Positions 1-7,501 of a DNA stretch of 20,363 bases are shown here, one piece after another. The translations under genes were made by a program, and so were the position numbers. Below the pieces are notes generated by a model, which saw nothing but the letters and a program-made list of their open reading frames with translations, was not told the origin of the DNA and searched no databases. The stretch lies in IMG/VR virus record IMGVR_UViG_3300027766_000002, one strand, 5' to 3'. Origin of the DNA: a virus (Duplodnaviria > Heunggongvirae > Uroviricota > Caudoviricetes). Positions within the stretch are counted from its first letter, which is position 1; each line of letters begins with the position of its first letter.

Positions 1-2
1 TC

Positions 3-182
3 ACCGCTCTGGAGCATCTGAATGTTGATGGCCGGCTGGTGGCAGTCCTGCCTGGTGTGCCAAACCTGACAGAGTGGATTGATGAACGTCGATTTGGGTG
101 TGCGATCGGTAAGACATTTGAGAAAGAGTTTGAGGACACCGGCGTAACGGTGACGGTCTGTATCTTTAAGCGCATCAACTAA
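3..182 (+). CDS. C-terminal end of a gene truncated by the window edge, probably a SAM-dependent DNA methyltransferase
   Basis: Frame 3 is open from the edge: TALEHLNVDGRLVAVLPG...EFEDTGVTVTVCIFKRIN*. This resembles the 'L..GGRLVA(V/I)LP...F..TGV' tail of adenine MTases. Catalytic motifs lie outside the window. Confidence 0.5.
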   Translation, partial: TALEHLNVDGRLVAVLPGVPNLTEWIDERRFGCAIGKTFEKEFEDTGVTVTVCIFKRIN

Positions 183-184
183 AT

Positions 185-210
185 AAAGGGCTTCTTCGGA
201 AGCCTTTTTT
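185..210 (+). terminator. Intrinsic terminator
   Basis: GGCTTC-TTCG-GAAGCC stem with a C(UUCG)G tetraloop, followed by TTTTTT directly after the stop at 182. Confidence 0.85.
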
Positions 211-239
211 AATGGCTTCGCTCCCGCTTTCACGCGTTA

Positions 240-275
240 GATAATTACACCACTTAGAAAACAAAGGAATAAATT
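240..275 (+). promoter_or_regulatory. Putative promoter -10 (GATAAT 240-245) followed by operator-like CTTAGAAAACAA (253-264) and RBS
   Basis: Same layout as at 2495, 4127 and 5122. AAGGA RBS lies before ATG 276. Confidence 0.5.
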
Positions 276-626
276 ATGTGCATTATGGCAGCAGCTCAGG
301 CAGTACGTGCGGATCGTCACTTAAACAAATACATCCGCTACAACGGCATGGCGTTATCAAAACGTGAACTGGTAATTCGCCTGGTGAATGAAGGCAGAGT
401 GCCAGAACAGGTAGAAGTGGACAAGGTGCAGCCAGCTACCAGAATACAGATGTTTCGTTGGGACAACGAGCAGCAACGGGAACATGAGCGTAAGCGCGCT
501 GCCGGTGGTAAGAAGACCGAGTATCGTCTTAGCCGACACGACGGTGTTTTTATTGAGGTCAGCAAAACCATGCACGACTTTGCGGCGCAGCTGCTTGCGG
601 AAAAGGAGGTTGCTCATGGTTACTGA
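276..626 (+). CDS. Hypothetical phage protein (116 aa)
   Basis: ORF with RBS, first gene after the terminator and promoter, overlapping the start of the next gene. Confidence 0.75.
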   Translation: MCIMAAAQAVRADRHLNKYIRYNGMALSKRELVIRLVNEGRVPEQVEVDKVQPATRIQMFRWDNEQQREHERKRAAGGKKTEYRLSRHDGVFIEVSKTMHDFAAQLLAEKEVAHGY

Positions 627-867
627 ACAGATGCACTATGAGTTTTTGAAGGCGAACTATAGACATGATCGCTTCGAGGGGAGGAATGGGAACGGCTGGG
701 GTAGAGACTATTCGGCTTGTATCGCTCGCAGCTCACTCCAGGCATTAGAGAACCATGGCTACACCTGCATCTCTCAACACGAATCGAAGACCGGTGATGC
801 CATCTGGTACGATCGTAATCTTCACACAGCAACCTATAGCGAAATGAAAAGGAAGTATGGCGTATGA
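616..867 (+). CDS. Hypothetical phage protein (83 aa; start moved to ATG 616)
   Basis: AGGAGGT at 604-610 precedes an in-frame ATG at 616 within the 484..867 ORF. ATGA overlap with the next gene. Confidence 0.75.
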   Translation: MVTEQMHYEFLKANYRHDRFEGRNGNGWGRDYSACIARSSLQALENHGYTCISQHESKTGDAIWYDRNLHTATYSEMKRKYGV

Positions 868-1079
868 CATATGACATCTATGCAATCGACCGTTTGTGTG
901 TTGTCGATTCTTGCTTAAAGGAGTTAGGTATTGAGAGCACACCTGAGAATCTCAAAGTTGCCGCGACATATTTAAACGAAGAACTCCGTCGGGATGCCGC
1001 CAAGTTGGGGTGGGACGACAAAGCCATTGTCTCCAAAGCATACCATCTGATTAAGGTCGGTTTTGACCTCAATAATTGA
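864..1079 (+). CDS. Hypothetical phage protein (71 aa)
   Basis: ATGA start/stop coupling with the upstream gene; plausible helical protein. Confidence 0.65.
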   Translation: MTYDIYAIDRLCVVDSCLKELGIESTPENLKVAATYLNEELRRDAAKLGWDDKAIVSKAYHLIKVGFDLNN

Positions 1080-1285
1080 CCTTTTCTATAAGAGCAAGTT
1101 GACCTGGCTATTTCACACTAAACTGATAGGCCCACGCCAGTAACCACCTGGGATTGTGGGCATATTCACCCATAAGAAAACAAATAAATAACCGATCAAC
1201 AAAAAGTCAACGCCATACCCTCTTTTTGCCTCAAAAGTTGATCTGTTGCAGTCCTCCCACTTATACCCGTCAAGGAAACGCCAGA

Positions 1286-1818
1286 ACCACACCAGGGAAG
1301 AGACATCTCTCCAAAGCAATACCATTTGCCACCCACTCGATAGACACGCTGAGAATCGCTCCCGTTGCGTTATATGGGATAGCAAAACAAATTGTTTTAC
1401 AACATAAGAAAACAAATTGTTAAAGCAATGAGGGCTGGCACAACTGCCATTACCCACACACTCATAACCGCAAACACCTACCTCACTTTCGTCAGACTAT
1501 CAGAGAACAACCCTCCGACTTACTGCAGGCAACCCTGAACCCCAATCGCCATAGACAGCTGCGGAAGCTGGAAAGGGAGACACGCCATTACCCACATGCC
1601 CGGAAGATTCAGCCAGCCCAGATAATCCAGCACCAACACTGACGGGAGAAGCAACCCGCTTAAGCTACAGAGAGAATAAGCTATAGGGGGAACTGCCATT
1701 ACTTTCACATCCACGATTCACAACACACTCAGCTACCGAGAAGCGAAATCACCAAGAGGAAACTGGAGAGGCGAATACAGGAAAAGGAGACATGCCATAA
1801 CCCACACCTCCACGATTC
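1286..1818 (+). repeat. Degenerate direct-repeat array in a long non-coding block
   Basis: GGAAA(G/A)GGAGACA(C/T)GCCAT(T/A)ACCCACA at 1570-1597 and 1780-1807. Core GCCATTACCCACA at 1446-1458 and 1584-1596. ACTGCCATTAC near 1443 and 1692. CCACGATTC near 1711 and 1810. Confidence 0.7.
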
Positions 1819-2119
1819 TAAGAAGATAAGCACCCAGACACCACAACCAGCTATTCACCACTAACCGTTATAGGGAGTAACGAATACGCCAGAAGGAAGA
1901 AAGCAAATCCCAGAGAGGAATATACCGCGCTATTAAGCGTTGAAGGAGAGAAACACATAGGGATTGCTCACTATAGTGGTCAGTCGATATGGGTACGTTT
2001 ACCAATAGGGAATGGGGGAACTGTAAGGGAGTGAAATGGTGGAGGGCGCGCTTCAATCACCGTATTTATTCAACCCCTAAATTTCCGGCGTCTTTACATA
2101 GCCCTTTCGCTTGATACAC

Positions 2120-2296
2120 CCGCAGGGAAAATATCGCCGCCGCCCCAATCCCTCGATTCGCCGATCGTCACCTGAGCACACCGATGAATGACACAGCCTC
2201 CGGGAAGCGGCGCGGAGCCGGTATAGAAACGGTCAGAGAAAATTTTCGGGAAACGGGTGGGGGCCGGTATAGAAAAAAGGCGAGTGGTGGCTCGCC
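2120..2296 (+). repeat. Motif block shared with 5710-5820
   Basis: CCGCAGGGAAA 2120-2130, AATTTTCGGGAAACGG 2241-2256, GCCGGTATAGAAA 2217-2229 and 2263-2275, hairpin GGCGAG-N6-CTCGCC 2279-2296. Confidence 0.7.
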
Positions 2297-2494
2297 CCAG
2301 AGAAAGTTCAGGCTCACATTCCTATAGTTGGTTTTAGGTTAAGAGCCTTGGCCATCCATGACCAGTGGGTATTGTTAGACACACTCTCAAGGGGGGCAAG
2401 TCATATTGTAAGGGTAGAGGGTGCCCGACTGGAGAAACTACCTGCGTGAGCCACCAGCCACCCGAACAATTCAGCTTTATCACCTATCCGTTGT

Positions 2495-2535
2495 TGGCAT
2501 AATAAGAGACATAAGAAAACAACGGAATAACGCGC
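2495..2535 (+). promoter_or_regulatory. Extended -10 promoter (TG-g-CATAAT 2495-2503) plus operator-like CATAAGAAAACAA (2510-2522)
   Basis: Read directly from the sequence, immediately upstream of ATG 2536. Confidence 0.6.
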
Positions 2536-2742
2536 ATGTATAAACATTTAAATATCAACATCACGCTTGAGGGTGTGGACACTGACGAGATCTCACTGGA
2601 TGACGTTATCCGCTCTGAGGATGTAGCCGGACGCGTGAGCGCACTAATTGGTGAAGGTTACAGAGAAGGCTCTTTCGCATTGCCGGTTGATGACCAGCAA
2701 ATGTCTGTAGCCTGGAATTGCACGACTTCTGATTCTAATTAA
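2536..2742 (+). CDS. Hypothetical acidic phage protein (68 aa)
   Basis: ORF with GGA RBS behind the promoter; 9 nt to the next gene. Confidence 0.75.
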   Translation: MYKHLNINITLEGVDTDEISLDDVIRSEDVAGRVSALIGEGYREGSFALPVDDQQMSVAWNCTTSDSN

Positions 2743-2751
2743 GGGAAATGT

Positions 2752-2994
2752 ATGTCTATCAAAATGCCAGGGCTGCTCAACTACTGGAGCGTGGACGAGC
2801 TGGCTGAATGCTTGGATGGTGTAGGCGAAGAGCTGTACGCAAAACTGTGGTCATACATTCCAGCAAAAGGAGATGGCCCGAAAGGAGCTGAGGTGTGGAA
2901 TGAACTGACCGTAGAACAGCAGCAGCGATTATCTGATGCGGTGTATCGAGAGTTCCCGGATCTGAAAAAGACAGACGAAGAAGATTTACTGTAA
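2752..2994 (+). CDS. Hypothetical phage protein (80 aa)
   Basis: AAGGGA RBS; followed by a terminator. Confidence 0.75.
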   Translation: MSIKMPGLLNYWSVDELAECLDGVGEELYAKLWSYIPAKGDGPKGAEVWNELTVEQQQRLSDAVYREFPDLKKTDEEDLL

Positions 2995-3000
2995 TCAGGG

Positions 3001-3028
3001 AGCCACCAGCACGGTGGCTTTTCTTTTG
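3001..3028 (+). terminator. Intrinsic terminator (5' arm and loop contain an inverse Chi site)
   Basis: AGCCACC-agcac-GGTGGCT followed by TTTCTTTT. Confidence 0.75.
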
Positions 3029-3157
3029 CCTACTCACACCTGCGGCCACCAGCTGCCGAGCGTTCTCCAGCCACCCGTCACGAAAAGCTTTCTGCCCTAT
3101 TTCAGCACTGTATTATTTACACCAACGAGAAAACAAATTGTTTACATGGGTGTGAAT

Positions 3158-3496
3158 ATGAACCGTATTGAATCCGAATTAACTAACTACTTCAGATATG
3201 TGCCACTGAAGGCCAAGCGTGAAATCGAGCGCACCAACCTTTTGGACGTTACAGCTAATGGCGTAATCATCGGCGTGTATCGTGAGCGTGTGTATGAGGT
3301 GGTGACGCGTGACAATATGGAGAAACGCATCTTTCTTTCGGAGCGTCTGACCTTAAACGTTAATCGCCCATATCAACGAAATCGCTTTGCGAAGATTAAA
3401 CACTTCCCTAAGCAGCATCTGGAGCAGGTTCTTATTAACGCAAATCAAATTGCCCAGATGGAGATTCAACGAGCGACTATCGCCGTAGCAGTATAA
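3158..3496 (+). CDS. Hypothetical basic phage protein (112 aa; start ATG 3158, alternative 3146)
   Basis: The upstream part of the 3014 ORF overlaps the terminator, promoter and operator. TATTAT at 3111-3116 and AAAACAAATTGTTT at 3130-3143 precede the ATG. Confidence 0.7.
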   Translation: MNRIESELTNYFRYVPLKAKREIERTNLLDVTANGVIIGVYRERVYEVVTRDNMEKRIFLSERLTLNVNRPYQRNRFAKIKHFPKQHLEQVLINANQIAQMEIQRATIAVAV

Positions 3497-3521
3497 TCAT
3501 GTGCCTTTGACTAAATCAGTC

Positions 3522-3552
3522 AGCCCGCCGCTAATCCTTGGTGGGCTTTTTT
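3522..3552 (+). terminator. Intrinsic terminator
   Basis: AGCCCGCC...GGTGGGCT stem followed by a T run. Confidence 0.7.
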
Positions 3553-3573
3553 GTATGGTTATTGCCCTTCGGC

Positions 3574-3602
3574 TTGTAAGTAGCCAACTACCTATCTACA
3601 AT
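3574..3602 (+). promoter_or_regulatory. Sigma70 promoter TTGTAA-17-TACAAT with a palindromic operator-like motif filling the spacer
   Basis: TTGTAA 3574-3579, TACAAT 3597-3602, and TAAGTAG-ccaa-CTACCTA inside. Confidence 0.7.
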
Positions 3603-3632
3603 GGCCGCGACTAAACATGACATGGAGGTCAT

Positions 3633-4055
3633 ATGACATACAAGGCAACAGAACTGGTTTACGACATGTATTACGCCTCTGAGCGAACCGATGCAGGTGA
3701 CAAGATGGCAAAGATTACTGTCCAGATCCGTGACGCGTCCGTAGGGCTTGAGAAGCAGATTAGTACCCTGGTTCGAACAACCCCGAAAGACAAAGCGCAA
3801 CCTGCGGTGTACTCCATCGGTTCGCAGACTGTTATGGACGGCAGTGACCCACTGCTGGTGGCAATTGAAGGTCATTACCGTGCATCTGGTAAAGACCTGT
3901 TTGAGACCCTGATGGATGAGGTTACCGACTTCATTGAAACTGGCATCGACAACACTAGCACCTGGATCGGCGCATATGGCATGAAGATTACCTCCGGCGT
4001 AACGCTGGACAATTATCTACCTGCTGATGTGCTGGCCGCAGGCCAGACTGCTTAA
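3633..4055 (+). CDS. Hypothetical phage protein (140 aa), monocistronic
   Basis: GGAGGT RBS at 3624-3629, with its own promoter and terminator. Confidence 0.85.
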   Translation: MTYKATELVYDMYYASERTDAGDKMAKITVQIRDASVGLEKQISTLVRTTPKDKAQPAVYSIGSQTVMDGSDPLLVAIEGHYRASGKDLFETLMDEVTDFIETGIDNTSTWIGAYGMKITSGVTLDNYLPADVLAAGQTA

Positions 4056-4060
4056 ACCAC

Positions 4061-4089
4061 AATGGCGCGCTAACCCGCGCCATTTTCTT
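4061..4089 (+). terminator. Intrinsic terminator
   Basis: AATGGCGCG-N6-CGCGCCATT followed by TTCTT. Confidence 0.7.
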
Positions 4090-4165
4090 ATGCCCGATAA
4101 CAACTTGTTTTCTGCCTTGTGCCACTTGCGATAATTAGTCCAACAACAAAACAAGAGAAAAGCAC
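4083..4165 (+). promoter_or_regulatory. Extended -10 promoter (TG-c-GATAAT, -10 at 4130-4135) with operator-like motifs on both sides
   Basis: Inverse TTTTCTTATG 4083-4092, inverse AACAACTTGTTTTCT 4099-4113, AAAACAAG 4148-4155. TTGCGATAATTAG and GAGAAAAGCACATGA are identical to the 5121-5182 module. Confidence 0.65.
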
Positions 4166-4447
4166 ATGACCGAATTTAACGTTACACCCAAAGCAGAAAA
4201 CGTCCACCTGCTTTCCTGGCTTGACCTGAACGAAGCCGAGCAGAACGAAATGGATCACGTCGAATATGACGACCAGGGCAGCACCCGCTTCTTCCACCAC
4301 GAAGGCGCACTCTTCGATGTGGCCGATTTCATGATTGATGACCGCGCTCCTGAATGGCACGCCGGTTATCCACTCAATGCCTTCGCAATGCTGATGATCC
4401 GCCTCACTGAAGGTGGCGATAGCGTAGACATCGGCTTGATGCACTGA
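4166..4447 (+). CDS. Hypothetical acidic phage protein (93 aa)
   Basis: First gene after the promoter. The FFHHEGALFDVADF...W pattern resembles a family of small phage early proteins. Confidence 0.8.
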   Translation: MTEFNVTPKAENVHLLSWLDLNEAEQNEMDHVEYDDQGSTRFFHHEGALFDVADFMIDDRAPEWHAGYPLNAFAMLMIRLTEGGDSVDIGLMH

Positions 4448-4456
4448 GAGGGCGCC

Positions 4457-4690
4457 ATGAAATTCAAACCAACGCCAGCAATCCAGAACCCGGAGACGGA
4501 AGCCTTCTGCCAGGAAATGGCAAAGGAGTATATCGCTCAGGTTCAGCCCCACCAGCGCGGGAGCACCATTTATGCCCAAGCATATGGGGTATGGAAGGCC
4601 AAAGTCGATGTGTGGCTACAGCAGCGTTCCCTTGTGCGCTGGGAAGTCATCGCTATGCAAGATCGCATTCGTTCACTCGTGCAGGGGTAA
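4457..4690 (+). CDS. Hypothetical phage protein (77 aa)
   Basis: GAGG RBS; packed tightly between its neighbours. Confidence 0.7.
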   Translation: MKFKPTPAIQNPETEAFCQEMAKEYIAQVQPHQRGSTIYAQAYGVWKAKVDVWLQQRSLVRWEVIAMQDRIRSLVQG

Positions 4691-4692
4691 TC

Positions 4693-4995
4693 ATGAAAGT
4701 CGTCACAATCAAAACAGCAATCATCTCAACCGCTCACGTTCGCGAAGAGGACATGCGCCTCATTGAAGAGAAGTGCCGAAACGTCAATTACGGCTGGTGG
4801 ATTCACGACACTGACGGCGGGGCAATCCTTCGTGTTGATGCAACCCAAGGTAGTGGGCTGGACGATCTTAAGTCCGATGGCCTGACCGATTTCGGGTATG
4901 CGAACCTGAAAGCCATATATGACGCCGACTATGGCTATATCCACCTCGATATGGATGCGCCGGTCATTGATGAGTTGCCTTCAGAAGAGTGGTAA
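4693..4995 (+). CDS. DUF5983-like protein (100 aa; start moved to ATG 4693)
   Basis: STAH near the N-terminus and YIHLDMDAPVIDELPSEEW at the C-terminus fit my recollection of DUF5983. GGGG RBS before ATG 4693. Confidence 0.6.
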   Translation: MKVVTIKTAIISTAHVREEDMRLIEEKCRNVNYGWWIHDTDGGAILRVDATQGSGLDDLKSDGLTDFGYANLKAIYDADYGYIHLDMDAPVIDELPSEEW

Positions 4996-5102
4996 TGACC
5001 AACCTCACCAGCTCAGGCTGGTGGGATTACCCACCCACATTCCCGGAGGCTAACCGACCATCCGGCTTACCGCAGGCCACCAGCAATGCCGTAAACAACA
5101 TA

Positions 5103-5178
5103 TTTACTGCCGTGTGACCATTGCGATAATTAGACCCATAACAAAACAAGTTGTTAAGACAAATAACGAGAAAAGCAC
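5103..5178 (+). promoter_or_regulatory. Promoter TTTACT...TG-c-GATAAT (-10 at 5125-5130) plus operator-like CATAACAAAACAAGTTGTT (5137-5155)
   Basis: Duplicate of the 4126-4169 module. Confidence 0.65.
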
Positions 5179-5658
5179 ATGAATCAGATTTACCAGATGG
5201 ACACCCGCCTGGGTAACGCTCAAGTCCTGTTTAACACCATTCATCACGACGTGCGAAGCGTGACAGTGGACGGGAAGGACGTTACAAGCACTCTGGGGGC
5301 GTATGAGATTAATGACCTGCAGCTGGCGCTGAAGTCCAATCGCTTTTACAAGCGGTATATTGGCAATGCTCTGGTGGTTCGCACCGGTGCTGGATTATTC
5401 GTCTTCCCACTGCGCGGCCGCAATTGTGCATCCCGTCGATTTGAGATGGCTATCCAGATCGCAATGCACTTCTACAACACGCGTAACGGATTAGACCCTG
5501 AGTGGGTGACATCCACTGCAAAGCGATACGCGGATCAAGCAGAACGCTATACCGGTGTTGTTCTGGAAGCGGGTGACTTTGAGTGGAAGCTGAAATTGCC
5601 AGAAATCACGTTTAATACCCGCAATAGCCACGAGCTGATAATGCTGGAAGGGAAGTAG
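5179..5658 (+). CDS. Hypothetical phage protein (159 aa)
   Basis: ORF bounded by a promoter and a terminator. Confidence 0.8.
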   Translation: MNQIYQMDTRLGNAQVLFNTIHHDVRSVTVDGKDVTSTLGAYEINDLQLALKSNRFYKRYIGNALVVRTGAGLFVFPLRGRNCASRRFEMAIQIAMHFYNTRNGLDPEWVTSTAKRYADQAERYTGVVLEAGDFEWKLKLPEITFNTRNSHELIMLEGK

Positions 5659-5670
5659 CGAGAAGGGGAG

Positions 5671-5697
5671 AGCGTCGGAAACGGCGCTTTTTTTGTT
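5671..5697 (+). terminator. Intrinsic terminator
   Basis: AGCGTCG-GAAA-CGGCGCT (GNRA loop) followed by a T run. Confidence 0.8.
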
Positions 5698-5709
5698 TGG
5701 AAACCGTGG

Positions 5710-5820
5710 CCGCAGGGAAATTTTTGAAAACGGCCATAGCCCTCGAAGGGGAGCCGCAGGGAAACGGGTAGGGGAATTTTTCGGGAAACGGCCAGCTTTC
5801 GGTATAGGGATTTCGGTATA
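5710..5820 (+). repeat. Motif block shared with 2120-2275
   Basis: CCGCAGGGAAA 5710-5720 and 5754-5764, AATTTTTCGGGAAACGG 5775-5791, TTTCGGTATA 5797-5806 and 5811-5820. Confidence 0.7.
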
Positions 5821-6228
5821 CAGCAGGTTTGGCTTTAGGAGTGGGGTAGGGCGGTGGCCAGGGACACCCCAGAATCGACCCCAGCCATTTGCCGAGCATC
5901 CACCTGAATGGCTTTACGCCTTGACTGCTTTACCACTGGATAGCCAGCCAGACACGCCAGCCAGTAAGCGCACATTGTACCAGCGCCACGCGATGCCAGC
6001 GCACAATGCCGCACCATACCGACACATAACAGCGCGCCCATATTGGCAACGTCACACCAGACAACGATCACAATTTAAACATGGTAATTTAAACGCGCTG
6101 TAAAGCGTTCTAAGCGCTTGAATCTATAACGTGTGGTAACGCATTACCCAGCGTTAAAACGCGTCTCTGTGATCGTCTCATAGTGTCGATTTTGGGGCTT
6201 GTCTCGTTTGCTGCGACACAACGAAAAA

Positions 6229-6541
6229 AGCGCCCAAAGTGGGCGCTGAAGTGGTGCGGATCTGGAAAGCAAAAAAGCGCCCACTATGGGCGCTTAAAAT
6301 TAGCAGTAAAGATTGCGTTTTAGTTTTCCAATTGTATCGACTAAAAACATATAACGCTTTTTTCTTTCCGTCATATAACCATTAACGACATCGAAAAAAT
6401 TTAAATTCATTGCGTCAACTTCCGCTTGTAGTTCCTCGCAAAGTTCAGCTTTAAATTTCAAATATGCCTTATTCTGACGCTTCAAATATTCTTGCTTAGT
6501 CATTCTCTTGTGTCCATTTAAAAGCGCCCATAGTGGGCGCT
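6229..6541 (-). terminator. Three copies of the hairpin AGCGCCCA-NNN-TGGGCGCT acting as minus-strand terminators
   Basis: Copies at 6229-6247, 6276-6294 and 6523-6541. Each is preceded on + by an A run, i.e. followed by a U tract on the minus strand. Confidence 0.75.
6300..6503 (-). CDS. Hypothetical helical protein (67 aa)
   Basis: ORF sits exactly between identical hairpins; AAGAGA before the ATG. Confidence 0.6.
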   Translation of the reverse strand: MTKQEYLKRQNKAYLKFKAELCEELQAEVDAMNLNFFDVVNGYMTERKKRYMFLVDTIGKLKRNLYC

Positions 6542-6549
6542 ATATTCCT

Positions 6550-7203
6550 TTATTGAGCTACTGCGAAAGCATCACGGATATAAGACACAAAATCATTATC
6601 TAAGAGTTTATATTGTTGTGATCCGTTTTTGGATGCGCCAGCTCCTTTGATCTTCTCAATCAAGCCCAAACGTTCACACATAGCGATTAACTGATTTGCT
6701 TGCGTGTACGTTTGATCCGCTTGCTTCTCGTTTTCTTTCTTCGCTTCATCCATCAGCGTTTTAATTGCGCCATTGGTGAAAACTTCCATTTCATCTTTGA
6801 TAATTTCAACAATTGCAAAAACGCGTGAACCAGATTGATCTGCTAAAGAGTATTCGCAACGTTTAGCGCGGATAGAATTAATCAAGTAGACCAGTTTTTC
6901 TAAGCTATAGCTATTCTCCATTGCTTCGCGGAAAAACTGCTCTGGCGTTTGCTTGCTTGCTTTAACCGCATAATAAAACACGCTATTTGCTTTATCATCA
7001 GTCAGTGGCTTGCAAACGTTGTTAGTGAAGTAAGCAAGTTTAGTTTTAGCAGCTTGCATAGCTTTTTTATCTGCTTTGGTATCTTGTCCAGCATTGTAGC
7101 GAGTAGTGTAATTTTGTTCGACGCTTGCAACAGTTTCAGTTAATTCAGTTGCAACAGTGGTAGCAGCTTCGATAACAGATTTTTTTGAGATGATGTTAGA
7201 CAT
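6550..7203 (-). CDS. Hypothetical protein (217 aa; start ATG 7203), possible C-terminal winged helix
   Basis: AGGA RBS before ATG 7203. The QANQLIAMCERLGLIEKIKG...QQYKL segment resembles a wHTH recognition helix plus wing. Confidence 0.8.
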   Translation of the reverse strand: MSNIISKKSVIEAATTVATELTETVASVEQNYTTRYNAGQDTKADKKAMQAAKTKLAYFTNNVCKPLTDDKANSVFYYAVKASKQTPEQFFREAMENSYSLEKLVYLINSIRAKRCEYSLADQSGSRVFAIVEIIKDEMEVFTNGAIKTLMDEAKKENEKQADQTYTQANQLIAMCERLGLIEKIKGAGASKNGSQQYKLLDNDFVSYIRDAFAVAQ

Positions 7204-7280
7204 AATTTTTAATCCTATATATTTGCGCAAAGCGCTGAATGTTTTATTTATCGTTAGCGTGTTTGCTTTCGATGGGTTGC

Positions 7281-7350
7281 ATTATGGATGAGTTAAAAAA
7301 CCGTGCAAGTCCTTTTTATGATTTTTTTTAAAAAAGATGAAAAAAGCAAA
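7281..7350 (-). promoter_or_regulatory. Strong sigma70-like promoter with A/T-tract UP element
   Basis: Minus strand TTGCAC (7308-7303), 16 nt, CATAAT (7286-7281), with A/T tracts at 7311-7350. Confidence 0.6.
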
Positions 7351-7416
7351 GTCCTAGAAATAAGAGTATAAGGAAGGAAGGTGTTCCCTCAATAAATCGC
7401 CTATTTCGGCTACTCC

Positions 7417-7501
7417 CCTTATATATAATCGACCGGTTGACCATACCGACCAATAAAATATTACAGTCACAGGCTGTATTGGCCTTATATATAATTGACC
7501 G
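7417..7501. repeat. 19-bp direct repeat CCTTATATATAAT(C/T)GACCG
   Basis: Copies at 7417-7435 and 7483-7501, each containing the palindrome TTATATATAA. Confidence 0.8.

Noticed and set aside
1784-1800. Minigene AAGGAGAC-ATG-CCA-TAA
   Set aside because: SD-to-ATG spacing is only about 2 nt, and the sister repeat has ACG instead of ATG.
1286-1818. CRISPR array
   Set aside because: Repeats are degenerate and not palindromic, spacing is irregular at about 100-140 bp, and there are no cas genes.
1113-2056. Short ORFs 1113..1457, 1154..1423, 1520..1714 and 1868..2056
   Set aside because: No RBS support; composition is dictated by the repeats and strand skew.
5612-6103. ORFs 5612..5899, 5693..6103 and 5835..6071
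   Set aside because: They run across a terminator and the repeat block, with low-complexity translations and no RBS.
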